Below, piece by piece: positions 1 through 9,030 of a stretch of DNA of 64,000 bases. Below the pieces are notes generated by a model. That model did no database searches, was not told where the DNA came from, and worked only from the letters and a program-made list of their open reading frames with translations. Every line of letters begins with the position of its first letter. Positions within the stretch are counted from its first letter, which is position 1. The position numbers were made by a program, and so were the translations under genes. Origin of the DNA: Ignavibacteria bacterium (lineage in GTDB: Bacteria > Bacteroidota > Ignavibacteria > Tepidaquicellales > OLB5); the NCBI GenBank assembly GCA_041917655.1, contig JAYRXC010000004.1, positions 7,450 through 71,449 of the forward strand, given 5' to 3'.

Positions 1-1
1 T

Positions 2-1822
2 TCAATTTCTTCTAACTCCACTGTTCAGGCAATTAACAAGTTCTCGCTTAACGGACCGGTATATTGGTCGCCTGAGTACCCGAATCTCTACAGGCTTAAA
101 GTTACTATACTGCAGGGTGACCAGGTAATTGATTCATACGAAACAGATTACGGGTTATATGAACTTGTCAGGAAATCCGGAAACCTGATGTTCAACAGCA
201 GCCAATTCAGCTTCAAAGGAATAAACTATATTGAAGAATTCGGCGCCTCCGGCATTTGCGCAACTTATGAAGATATAGAGCGGGATGTGAAGCTCATAAA
301 AAGCCTCGGCTGCAATACTATCAAAGTGTACGGCAGGCCGGCAAGCGCATACCTGATAGATCTTTGTAATAAGAACGGTCTTCTGCTTATGGAGGAGATA
401 CCGGTCTACACAGTGCCGGGCGGGATACTTGAGACAGAGAATTTTCTTCAGCTAGCCGAAAACCAGCTTAACGAAATGATCGCGGCACATAAGAACAATC
501 CATGCATTTTCGCATACGGGCTCGGTAACGATTTTGATGTAACAGTACCCGCCGGGCAGACTTATGTTAAGCGAATGGTCAGCGCTGCCCGCAGCCTTGA
601 TAACAGGCTGCTTTATTACTCCACCCGGAATTATTATAACGATAAGTGCCGCGACCTGGTTGATATGACCGGTATAAATTATTACGACGGTGACCTTGCC
701 GTGCTGAAGAATGCAATTGCTGATATGAAACTGAAAAAAGAAAAAGTCTTCATATCAAACTACGGCAAGCTGATAAATCCTTCAAATACTTCCGGCTACA
801 GCGACCCAAGCTCTCTTGAAGCCCAGTCTAAGTTCATCGTAGATTTTAACAAGCTGATAAAAGGCTCAGTGTTAATGGGCGGGTTCCTGCAGTCGTTCAC
901 AGACTGGAATTCAGATATTCCTAACTTAAGATATCCCGACCTTACTAACCAGTACATGAGAACAACGGGACTTTTCACACTGTTCAGGGAACAGCGTCCG
1001 CCTGCGATAATTCTCAGAAAGATATTTCTTGACGAAGATATTCCGAATCTCAACATCGGTACATTTTCAAAGGAAGCTCCCCTGTTGTTCGTTTTCACGG
1101 GGCTGATAACATTCATTCTGTTCATATATCTTGCAAACAGCGTTCGCCGTTTCCGCGAAAATGTGTGGCGTGCATTGTTCCGCCCGTTCATATTTTACAC
1201 TGATGTAAGAGAGCAGAACCTTATCCCCACATTCCATAACATACTGCTTGGTATCATCATATCAATTGGAAGCGGACTGTTCTTTGCGAACCTGCTTTAT
1301 TTCTGGAAAGATTCACAATTGCTTGATATAATGCTTACACTGGTAGTATCGAACGACACAGCTAAGATATTCATAGACCAGAATATAACAAATCCGCTGA
1401 AGCTTACAGCTTTACTGGCAGCGCTTTCATTTATAAAGATATTTATTATAGCTTTTGTGATCTGGCTATTCAGCCTTACTATAAAATACAGGGTTGGGTT
1501 CAACAATATTTATACTATTACAGTATGGGGGCTTATGCCGGTTATTGTATTACTGGCCATCGGCACATTCTACATCAGGATATTGCAGGCTAATACTGAC
1601 TTCGTTGTCATCGGGCTTGGCATAGCCGCATTCATATACCTTTTATCTTTTTACAGGATACTAAAAGGTACTTACCTGCTGTTCGATACATTTTTCCTTA
1701 AGGCATACGCATACGGAATTGTTACTATTGTTGTTATCGGAGGCGGAACCCTTTTCTATTTGAATACCACACGATACTTTCTTGACTATTTTAGGCTCGT
1801 ATTGACATTTCTCAAGTTTTAG
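2..1822 (+). CDS. GH2-like (beta-galactosidase/glucuronidase-type TIM barrel) domain fused to a C-terminal polytopic membrane domain; 5' end cut by window edge
   Basis: The frame of ORF 188..1822 stays open back to nt 2 and reads ...NGPVYWSPEYPNLYRLKVTILQG..., typical of GH2 just upstream of the TIM barrel. FKGINY, KNNPCIFAYGLGNDFD, INYYDG and FISNYG align by eye with GH2 catalytic-domain motifs. The last ~250 aa form 6-7 hydrophobic helices. Confidence 0.7.
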   Translation, partial: SISSNSTVQAINKFSLNGPVYWSPEYPNLYRLKVTILQGDQVIDSYETDYGLYELVRKSGNLMFNSSQFSFKGINYIEEFGASGICATYEDIERDVKLIKSLGCNTIKVYGRPASAYLIDLCNKNGLLLMEEIPVYTVPGGILETENFLQLAENQLNEMIAAHKNNPCIFAYGLGNDFDVTVPAGQTYVKRMVSAARSLDNRLLYYSTRNYYNDKCRDLVDMTGINYYDGDLAVLKNAIADMKLKKEKVFISNYGKLINPSNTSGYSDPSSLEAQSKFIVDFNKLIKGSVLMGGFLQSFTDWNSDIPNLRYPDLTNQYMRTTGLFTLFREQRPPAIILRKIFLDEDIPNLNIGTFSKEAPLLFVFTGLITFILFIYLANSVRRFRENVWRALFRPFIFYTDVREQNLIPTFHNILLGIIISIGSGLFFANLLYFWKDSQLLDIMLTLVVSNDTAKIFIDQNITNPLKLTALLAALSFIKIFIIAFVIWLFSLTIKYRVGFNNIYTITVWGLMPVIVLLAIGTFYIRILQANTDFVVIGLGIAAFIYLLSFYRILKGTYLLFDTFFLKAYAYGIVTIVVIGGGTLFYLNTTRYFLDYFRLVLTFLKF

Positions 1823-1958
1823 CTAATTTTCTGATTCCGGTGAATTAGCGAAATCTTAGCCAAATTTTAATTATATTTGTAGTGGTTAATGGCGGCGAAT
1901 CCCGGGTATTTCTTACTTCGCTCTGGCATATTGAATTTATTAAGATAATACTTAACAT

Positions 1959-4900
1959 TTGTATTTAAGTAAGCTCGAAATCTTTGGTTTCAAGTCCTTT
2001 GCCGATAAGATCGCAGTGGATTTTGATGCCGGAATGACATCCATAGTTGGCCCTAACGGCTGCGGTAAAACTAATATTGTTGACGCAGTAAGGTGGGCTA
2101 TAGGCGAGCAGAAGGCAAGCGTGCTGAGAAGCTCCACAATGGAAAATGTTATTTTCAACGGCACGAAAAACCGCAAGCCGCTTGGATTTGCAGAAGTATC
2201 CCTCACGATACAAAACACAAAAGGAATTTTACCATCTGAATATACAGAGATAAAGATCACGCGCCGCTGTTTCCGCGATGGTGCAAGCAATTACATGCTC
2301 AACGGTGTAAACTGCAGGCTGAAGGATATCACTGCCCTGTTCATGGATACAGGTATGGGCTCTGACGCATATTCAGTTATCGAGCTTAAGATGGTGAACG
2401 AGATACTCTCGCACCGCACGCAGGATAGAAGAAAGCTCTTCGAAGAAGCGGCAGGCATTACCCGCTACAAGGAAAGACGCCGCGAAGCGCTGTACAAGCT
2501 TGAAGTTGCAAGAGAGAACATCAACGAAGCAAATATTGAGATACGTAACCGCCAGCGTACTGTAAATGCGTACGAAAGAATTGCGCAAAAGCAGCAGGAA
2601 GCCAAGGAAGTTAGCGGCAAGCTGAAGGCAATTGAAATTGAATACCACCAGCGCTCGTTAAGCAGGCTAATTGATGAAACCAAGAATATCGAAGACCAGC
2701 TTAAATCAAAAGAAGCCGGGCGCGAAAGCCTGCAGGCAAGCCTGAACAGTAATGAAAACCTTATTGAAAAGTATAAATCAGAGCTATCGGTTACCGAGGG
2801 CCGCCTGAATGAATCAAGGGACAGGCTTAACTCGATAAACCTGAAGATAAACGAGCTGCAAACAGCAATATCAATTGCCGAGCAGCGGATGAAATACCTG
2901 CAGGAAAACATTGAACGGTTTTCCCGCGAAAAAATCGAGATAGAAGCAGCCATTGAAAAGCTGAGCGCTTCCAAAATTACCATAGAAGACAAGATCGTTG
3001 TGCTGAAAAGCACATCCGACCTCATGGAAGACTCACGTTCGACCAAAAAGTCTGCCCTTGACGAGATAGAGACCAAAGTTAAAACAAGCAAAGAAGAACT
3101 TAAGGACCTCACTGTTAAACATGCTGCCTCATCAAAGGCGCTTGTTGAAAAACAGAATGAGTACGAGATCATAAAGAACAGGCTGGAAGACCAGATAACA
3201 CGCTGCAGCCGCCTTGCCGAAGAAAATATAGTGAACATTAACAAGGTTGCGGGCTTTGATGAAGAGCTCAGGCAGGCTGAATCGGAGATGCAGTTCAACA
3301 GGGATAACCTTACAGCATTGCAGGCAGAATACGAAGACAAAAGAAAAGTTAAAGATAATTTTGCGGCTGAGATCAATAAGCTTGAGAAAGATATAATTTA
3401 CCGCAGGCATGAAGCTGATAAGCTGAAGAATAAAATTGAGTTTCAAACCAACCTGCTTGAAAACTACGACGACTATTCCGAAGGAATAAAATACCTCGTA
3501 AAAGATAAGAATGAAAAGGGCGCTAATGTAGTTATCGATAATCTTGAAGTCGAAGATAAGTTCAAGATCGCTATCGAAACAGCGCTGGGCGAAATATCAA
3601 ACTACCTGATTGTAAATGATCTTGATGCCGCGGAAAACTTCATAAAAATTCTTACCAAAGAGCAAAAAGGAAAAGTTACTTTTATTATCAGAGACCAGCT
3701 CTATAATACAACGCTCAATATCTTCCAGGAGGAATTCCCGGAGATTCTCAATCACGAAGGCGTTTACGGCTGGGCAGATATGTTCATCAAGTGCCCGGAT
3801 GAATACCTAATGCTGTATAAATACCTACTTGATGAGTTCATAATTGTAGAAAACCTTGACATTGCCCGCAAGCTTTCGAAGGATAATTTCATCAAGTTCA
3901 TAACTCTGGATGGCGACATCATTACCAACAGCTTTCTAAGGGCAGGAAGCAAAACCAATATTGAATCGCTCAAAATAGGACGCGAAAAGCTTATCGCCGG
4001 CCTGCAGACGCAGATAACCGAAATTGAATCTTCTATTGAAAAGGACACTGTTAAGCTAAAAGAGCTTAAAACAGCCTTTGCAGGGATTGATATCGAAGGC
4101 AGCCAGAATAAAGTGCAGGAAGCACGTGCACAGCTATTGAACTCTGAAAACAAGATTCAGCAGGCTAACTACCTTAAATCTGAGACCAACAAGCTGATTG
4201 TTCATTATAAAGAAGAGAACGATACTTTGAGCGCTTCGAACAAGGAGCTCTCCGAAAAGATGGACAGCCTTATTACTGAGATAGAAGCTGCAGAGAATGT
4301 TAAGTACCAGCGCGAAAAAGAGCTTGAGCATTTCACCACCGAGCTTGAAAATCTTGCCGATGAGCTTACAACAAAGCGCGAGGAGTATAACTCGTTCAAC
4401 ATAGAAATTACCAAGCTGAAGGCGGAGCTTTCGAACCTTGATAACGAACACATTCGCATTGAAGAGAGCATAAAATCCAGGAAGAGCAACATCGAAGCAC
4501 GTACAATGGAATGCAATGAATACCAGAACGAGATAATGAAGCTGGGCGCTGAAATTGAATCATTCAACCAGGACGGGACCAGGAACGGTCATAAGCCTAA
4601 GCTTGCTGTTCTGGAAACGGAAAAAGCCGGCGTCGAATCTGATTTCAGCCTGATAAGGAGCGAGTACGAAGTAAAAAGAGGAATTGTTGACAAGGTTGAA
4701 CTTGAGCAGAAAGAGCTCAGGAATTCCCGCGATAGTATAATCGATTTCATCCACAAAAATGAAATGCAGCTCACTAAAGACAGGCTTGAGATAAAAGAGC
4801 ACAGGGATAAGATAAGAGAAGAATACGAGCTGGATATTGAATACACCGTATATGAAGATGCTGAGGTTTTTGACCTTGTAAGAGCTAAGGCAGAAGTTGA

Positions 4901-5549
4901 CAGGCTTCGCAATAAGCTAAGGCAGCTTGGCGGCTCCGGGCAGCTGGAGCTGGGTATCTATGAACAGGAAAAGGCTGAGCTTGAAAAGCTTGTTGAAGAA
5001 AGAAATGACCTTGCAAAAGCGGAAACAGACCTGATAAACCTGATCGATGAGATCAACAAAACTGCGCAGAAGAAATTCACTGATACTTTTGAGCTCATCA
5101 GGCAGAATTTTATGTCAATTTTCAAGGAGCTGTTCCTTGAAGGTGACGAATCCGATCTCAGGCTTGTAATAGATCCTGAAAATCCCGACCCGCTTGACGC
5201 AAAGATAGATATAATTGCAAAACCAAGGGGTAAAAGGCCGCAGCTTATTGACCTGCTTTCCGGCGGTGAAAAAACATTGACTGCTATCGCCCTCTTGTTC
5301 GCGATTTACCAGGTAAAACCATCCCCGTTCTGTATTCTGGATGAGGTTGATGCACCGCTTGATGACGCGAATATCGACAGGTTCATCAAGATCATCCGGA
5401 AATTCGCTGAAGATACACAATTCATTATTGTAACTCACAACAAACGTACAATGGAGGCGGCAGATTCCATGTATGGCGTTACTATGGCGGAACAGGGAAT
5501 TTCTACAATTGTAAATGTAAAGTTTAACGATCAAAAAATAGCATCATAG
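1959..5549 (+). CDS. smc: Chromosome segregation protein SMC (TTG start)
   Basis: N-terminal LEIFGFKSFADK...GPNGCGKTNIVDA (Walker A), a very long coiled coil with a central hinge, and C-terminal LSGGEKTLTAIALLFAI...ILDEVDAPLDDAN (signature and Walker B). 1196 aa. Confidence 0.95.
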   Translation: MYLSKLEIFGFKSFADKIAVDFDAGMTSIVGPNGCGKTNIVDAVRWAIGEQKASVLRSSTMENVIFNGTKNRKPLGFAEVSLTIQNTKGILPSEYTEIKITRRCFRDGASNYMLNGVNCRLKDITALFMDTGMGSDAYSVIELKMVNEILSHRTQDRRKLFEEAAGITRYKERRREALYKLEVARENINEANIEIRNRQRTVNAYERIAQKQQEAKEVSGKLKAIEIEYHQRSLSRLIDETKNIEDQLKSKEAGRESLQASLNSNENLIEKYKSELSVTEGRLNESRDRLNSINLKINELQTAISIAEQRMKYLQENIERFSREKIEIEAAIEKLSASKITIEDKIVVLKSTSDLMEDSRSTKKSALDEIETKVKTSKEELKDLTVKHAASSKALVEKQNEYEIIKNRLEDQITRCSRLAEENIVNINKVAGFDEELRQAESEMQFNRDNLTALQAEYEDKRKVKDNFAAEINKLEKDIIYRRHEADKLKNKIEFQTNLLENYDDYSEGIKYLVKDKNEKGANVVIDNLEVEDKFKIAIETALGEISNYLIVNDLDAAENFIKILTKEQKGKVTFIIRDQLYNTTLNIFQEEFPEILNHEGVYGWADMFIKCPDEYLMLYKYLLDEFIIVENLDIARKLSKDNFIKFITLDGDIITNSFLRAGSKTNIESLKIGREKLIAGLQTQITEIESSIEKDTVKLKELKTAFAGIDIEGSQNKVQEARAQLLNSENKIQQANYLKSETNKLIVHYKEENDTLSASNKELSEKMDSLITEIEAAENVKYQREKELEHFTTELENLADELTTKREEYNSFNIEITKLKAELSNLDNEHIRIEESIKSRKSNIEARTMECNEYQNEIMKLGAEIESFNQDGTRNGHKPKLAVLETEKAGVESDFSLIRSEYEVKRGIVDKVELEQKELRNSRDSIIDFIHKNEMQLTKDRLEIKEHRDKIREEYELDIEYTVYEDAEVFDLVRAKAEVDRLRNKLRQLGGSGQLELGIYEQEKAELEKLVEERNDLAKAETDLINLIDEINKTAQKKFTDTFELIRQNFMSIFKELFLEGDESDLRLVIDPENPDPLDAKIDIIAKPRGKRPQLIDLLSGGEKTLTAIALLFAIYQVKPSPFCILDEVDAPLDDANIDRFIKIIRKFAEDTQFIIVTHNKRTMEAADSMYGVTMAEQGISTIVNVKFNDQKIAS

Positions 5550-5633
5550 TCCTCTTAATTTAATATCTTCAATCAGTCCGGCAAATTCCCCTGCTTCAAA
5601 TGAGGTTTACCGGCAACATTTAATAACAATACA

Positions 5634-6683
5634 ATGACTAACGAACAAAAACAATTTCTTGTTAACCTGGTTAACACACCAGCCCCGTCAGGATTCGAAG
5701 AACCCGTACAAAAGATCTGGAAGGAAGAAGTAGAGAAGTTTTGCCCTGATATCTCAAAAGATGTTCATGGAAATTTAACTGCTGTTTTAAATGGCGGTAA
5801 AGAGAGATCCATTATGATAGTTGGCCACTCCGACGAAGTGGGACTTATCATAAATTACATTAACGACGACGGCTTTATTTTCGTAAGGCCCATCGGTGGG
5901 ATTGATCCCACGATTCTTGCTTCCCAAAGAGCAAGGATACTTACTAAAAAAGGACCGGTCCCTGCTGCAATCGGCAGAACTTCACTGCACTTGTTAACTG
6001 CGGCACAAAGGGATAAAAAGCTTGAAATGCATGATGTATGGCTTGATATAGGCGCCAAGAACAGAAAAGACGCTGAAAAATATGTGAACATAGGTGACCC
6101 CGTTATTTTTGGCGGCGATTATGAAGAGATGACAAATGGTACAGCGATCTCAAGATGCTGGGATAACAGGATCGGTGTTTATATCGTAGCCGAAACATTA
6201 AGAAAGCTTTCAAAAGTTAAGAATCTGAAGAATACAGTTTACGGCGTTTCATCCGTTCAGGAAGAAACCGGTGTTTGGGGTGCGGGAAACCCTGCTTACA
6301 ATTTTAAGCCTAATGCCGCGATAGCTATTGATGTTATCCCCACTTCTGACCAGCCTGAGATCCCGAAAGAACGTTTTGGAGTAACAAAGCTTGGCCTCGG
6401 TCCCGTTATCACACGCGGAGTAAGAACAAACAATAAGCTTGCTGATGAACTTATTGGAGCCGCAAAACGAAAGAACATGAAGATGCAGATCGATGTGGAT
6501 TACGGCCATACATGGACAGATGCCGATCCAATATCGCAGTCAAGGGGCGGCGTCGCTATAGGCGTGGTTTCAGTCGCAACACGCTACCTGCATTCATCTG
6601 TCGAGACGTTAAGCCTGAATGATATTGATCTGACGGTAGATCTTCTTGCTGAATTTATTTCGAAATCGAAGTTAGAATACTAA
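5634..6683 (+). CDS. M42 family metallopeptidase (FrvX/CelM-like aminopeptidase)
   Basis: PAPSGFEEPV near the N-terminus, IMIVGHSDEVGL, RCWDNRIG and SSVQEETG motifs, ~350 aa; typical M42 layout. Confidence 0.8.
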   Translation: MTNEQKQFLVNLVNTPAPSGFEEPVQKIWKEEVEKFCPDISKDVHGNLTAVLNGGKERSIMIVGHSDEVGLIINYINDDGFIFVRPIGGIDPTILASQRARILTKKGPVPAAIGRTSLHLLTAAQRDKKLEMHDVWLDIGAKNRKDAEKYVNIGDPVIFGGDYEEMTNGTAISRCWDNRIGVYIVAETLRKLSKVKNLKNTVYGVSSVQEETGVWGAGNPAYNFKPNAAIAIDVIPTSDQPEIPKERFGVTKLGLGPVITRGVRTNNKLADELIGAAKRKNMKMQIDVDYGHTWTDADPISQSRGGVAIGVVSVATRYLHSSVETLSLNDIDLTVDLLAEFISKSKLEY

Positions 6684-6766
6684 TTAATACTATATAATAT
6701 GAAGAACATTTTTAGTGCAGTTTTTTTATAATCATCATAACATTTATAGGAGGATGTACAAAAGAC

Positions 6767-7117
6767 ATGACGGGCGTTGAACAAACAACAGCTTCAGGGT
6801 TAAAATATACAGATGAAAAAATTGGTGACGGGGTTACACCTAAATCCGGACAAACTGTAACAGTACATTATACAGGTACATTGACCGATGGAAAAAAATT
6901 CGACAGTTCCCGCGACCGCAACCAGCCGCTCGTATTCGTAGTGGGAGTTGGACAGGTTATAAAGGGCTGGGACGAAGGTATTTTATCAATGAAAGTCGGC
7001 GGCAAGCGTAAGCTTGTGATTCCTCCAGAGCTGGGATACGGTACTCGCGGTGCCGGCGGCGTTATACCGCCAAATGCAACATTGCTTTTTGATGTTGAGC
7101 TGATTGACGTAAAATAA
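6767..7117 (+). CDS. FKBP-type peptidyl-prolyl cis-trans isomerase
   Basis: [62 protein letters not shown]...[16 protein letters not shown] is a canonical FKBP_C domain. The true N-terminus is uncertain; see the finding on the upstream T7 run. Confidence 0.9.
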   Translation: MTGVEQTTASGLKYTDEKIGDGVTPKSGQTVTVHYTGTLTDGKKFDSSRDRNQPLVFVVGVGQVIKGWDEGILSMKVGGKRKLVIPPELGYGTRGAGGVIPPNATLLFDVELIDVK

Positions 7118-7126
7118 TTTTCTAAA

Positions 7127-7226
7127 AAGGGCTGTCTCAGAAGTAGTTTGTCATTCCTGCGCAGGCAGGAATCTTGAAGAATATTGACCATGATTTTTCA
7201 TAGACAAAGCATCTGAGTCAGCCCTT
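7127..7226. repeat. Nested-hairpin (REP-like) intergenic element downstream of the FKBP gene
   Basis: The outer arms aagggctgtctcaga (7127..7141) and tctgagtcagccctt (7212..7226) are complementary with one mismatch. The inner perfect hairpin is attcctgc-gcag-gcaggaat (7153..7172). A short T-run (ctgcttttt) follows. Confidence 0.6.
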
Positions 7227-7366
7227 CTGCTTTTTCCCTTTCACATTAATTCTTGAATTTTGACTGATTTCAATAATCTTCATCAATAATGCAACCTTAT
7301 GCCTGCATATGGCGTCAAATTAGTATAAGAAAACAACAAAGAGAAAGTAATGAAAGGAAATCCACA

Positions 7367-7474
7367 ATGTTACCATTCAAAATAAAGACATTACAGAAGA
7401 TAACTGCCGGGCTGGTAGTACTTAATATGGCTGTACTTGCTGTATTATGCTACAATTACTACTTCATACATTGA
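7367..7474 (+). CDS. Possible 35-aa small membrane protein (MLPFKIKTLQKITAGLVVLNMAVLAVLCYNYYFIH)
   Basis: ATG at 7367 lies 9 nt after aagga. There is a single hydrophobic helix, followed by the hairpin/terminator at 7532..7560. No homology recognised. Confidence 0.25.
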   Translation: MLPFKIKTLQKITAGLVVLNMAVLAVLCYNYYFIH

Positions 7475-7531
7475 AGATATAAGAGTTTGCCTCATTAATA
7501 CAGTTAAGTGATTACCTCCACTTAATCAAAA

Positions 7532-7560
7532 AAGGAATAATTAATTTTATTCCTTTTTTT
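7532..7560 (+). terminator. Rho-independent terminator
   Basis: aaggaataa (7532..7540), loop ttaatt, ttattcctt (7547..7555), running into a T-run. An A-run precedes it, so it could act in both directions. Confidence 0.6.
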
Positions 7561-7700
7561 ATTTTCTTTAAACAGCAAGAGAAGCTTTTTAAGCTACCTT
7601 TTATCAAATTCTAAACTGACAATTGGCTCAAAAATCATGTTTGCCTGTTTTATTCATTGTTACCTTGAATTAGCTATGATTTCAATTTATTTTTACCACA

Positions 7701-8423
7701 TTGCGGCCTAAACTAAAAATATTCAGTGATTTTGACGGAACGATCTCGCTTTATGATACTTGGATCGAAATGGGCGAGTTTTTTATCAAGGATAAGGAAA
7801 AATGGGCTGCAGTTATAAGGGAATTCGAAGAACAAACTATCGGTGCAAGGGAATGTTTTCTGAGGGAATGCGCCCTGGTGGAAAATTTCGATATTTCGGA
7901 GTTTAACCGGATCATTGACTCTCAGCGGCTGGACCCGATGTTCGGAAAATTTGTGGAATTCTGTAATAAAAACGGGTTGCCGCTTACTATTTTAAGCGAA
8001 GGCATGGATTATTACATAGGCAGGATACTTCAGAATCACGGAATAAGCCTGCCGTACTACTCAAACAAACTTGTTATATCAGCAGACGGCAAATCGATAG
8101 GATTGGAATTCCCATACTCAGATTCAGACTGCACGAAATGCGGAACCAGCAAACGGAATATACTCATGAACATGTGCGCCGATGATGACATATCTGTGTT
8201 CATAGGAGACGGCTTTTCTGATGCATGTGTTGTGAACTATGCCGATATAGTATTCGCGAAGAAATCACTCGCTTCATACTGCTGGAAGAACAATATCACC
8301 TATTACGATTACCAGACATTCGGCGATATAATCCGCAAGCTCGAAAAATTGCTGGACAAAAGATCGCTGAAACACAGGCAGGCGGCAAAACTGAAGCGCC
8401 GCGAAGTATTTTTAAGAGGATAA
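7701..8423 (+). CDS. HAD-IB family phosphatase, MtnX-like (TTG start)
   Basis: HAD motif I is FSDFDGTIS at residues 8-16. LSEGMDYY, a Cys cluster CTKCGTSKRN and motif IV FIGDGFSDA match the MtnX-type architecture by eye. Confidence 0.65.
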   Translation: MRPKLKIFSDFDGTISLYDTWIEMGEFFIKDKEKWAAVIREFEEQTIGARECFLRECALVENFDISEFNRIIDSQRLDPMFGKFVEFCNKNGLPLTILSEGMDYYIGRILQNHGISLPYYSNKLVISADGKSIGLEFPYSDSDCTKCGTSKRNILMNMCADDDISVFIGDGFSDACVVNYADIVFAKKSLASYCWKNNITYYDYQTFGDIIRKLEKLLDKRSLKHRQAAKLKRREVFLRG

Positions 8424-8445
8424 AAATTAAATTCAATTATATCAA

Positions 8446-9030
8446 ATGACTTTAGGCAAATTTCTGTTTGAAAACAGGTCTTACACTCCCCTCCCATTTT
8501 TGATACCGATGCTGCTTTTCGCACGCCCGACTATCACAACTATGTTAATAGGAGTTGTATTTGTGCTGATAGGTGAATCTTTCAGGTTCTGGGGAGTATC
8601 ATACGCAGGCAGCGAAACGCGCACTACGGGAAAAGTAGGCGCATCAAATCTTGTTACACAAGGACCCTTTGCGTATGTACGTAACCCTCTGTATCTAGGC
8701 AACATATTAATGTATTTCGGTATCAGCGTAATGTCTAACTCACTGGTGCCATATTTACAGGTATTGAGCATTCTTTATTTCACTTTCCAGTACTATTTTA
8801 TTATTAAAGAAGAAGAAGGCTTTCTGAAAACTGAATTCGGCGAAAAATATGAACATTATTTTAATAATGTGAACAGGTTCCTTCCGAAATTCTCTCCATA
8901 TGATGAATCCAAAAGCTCAAAGCTCAGCATGGATGTAAAAGCAGCATACGTTTCTGAAAAAAGAACTTTCCAGGCAACGTTTATAAGTATAATAATGATT
9001 GTACTGGTTTACCTGCTTATAAACCAGTAA
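8446..9030 (+). CDS. ICMT/PEMT-family membrane methyltransferase (isoprenylcysteine carboxyl methyltransferase-like)
   Basis: Multi-TM protein with the family signature GPFAYVRNPLYLGNILMYFG...EEEGFLKTEFGEKY. The stop TAA (9028..9030) overlaps the lpxB ATG (9030). Confidence 0.75.
   Translation: MTLGKFLFENRSYTPLPFLIPMLLFARPTITTMLIGVVFVLIGESFRFWGVSYAGSETRTTGKVGASNLVTQGPFAYVRNPLYLGNILMYFGISVMSNSLVPYLQVLSILYFTFQYYFIIKEEEGFLKTEFGEKYEHYFNNVNRFLPKFSPYDESKSSKLSMDVKAAYVSEKRTFQATFISIIMIVLVYLLINQ

Noticed and set aside
2465-3376. 303-aa minus-strand ORF, plus several other 80-130-aa antisense ORFs, inside smc
   Set aside because: The sequence is Ser/Leu/Phe-rich and low in complexity. This is what you get by reading the antisense of a Glu/Lys/Leu-rich coiled-coil gene. 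It lies fully inside a confidently identified smc CDS.
8225-8449. 74-aa plus-strand ORF overlapping the 3' end of the HAD gene in another frame
   Set aside because: It sits within the HAD CDS, which has clear family motifs through to its C-terminus. It has no start context or motif.
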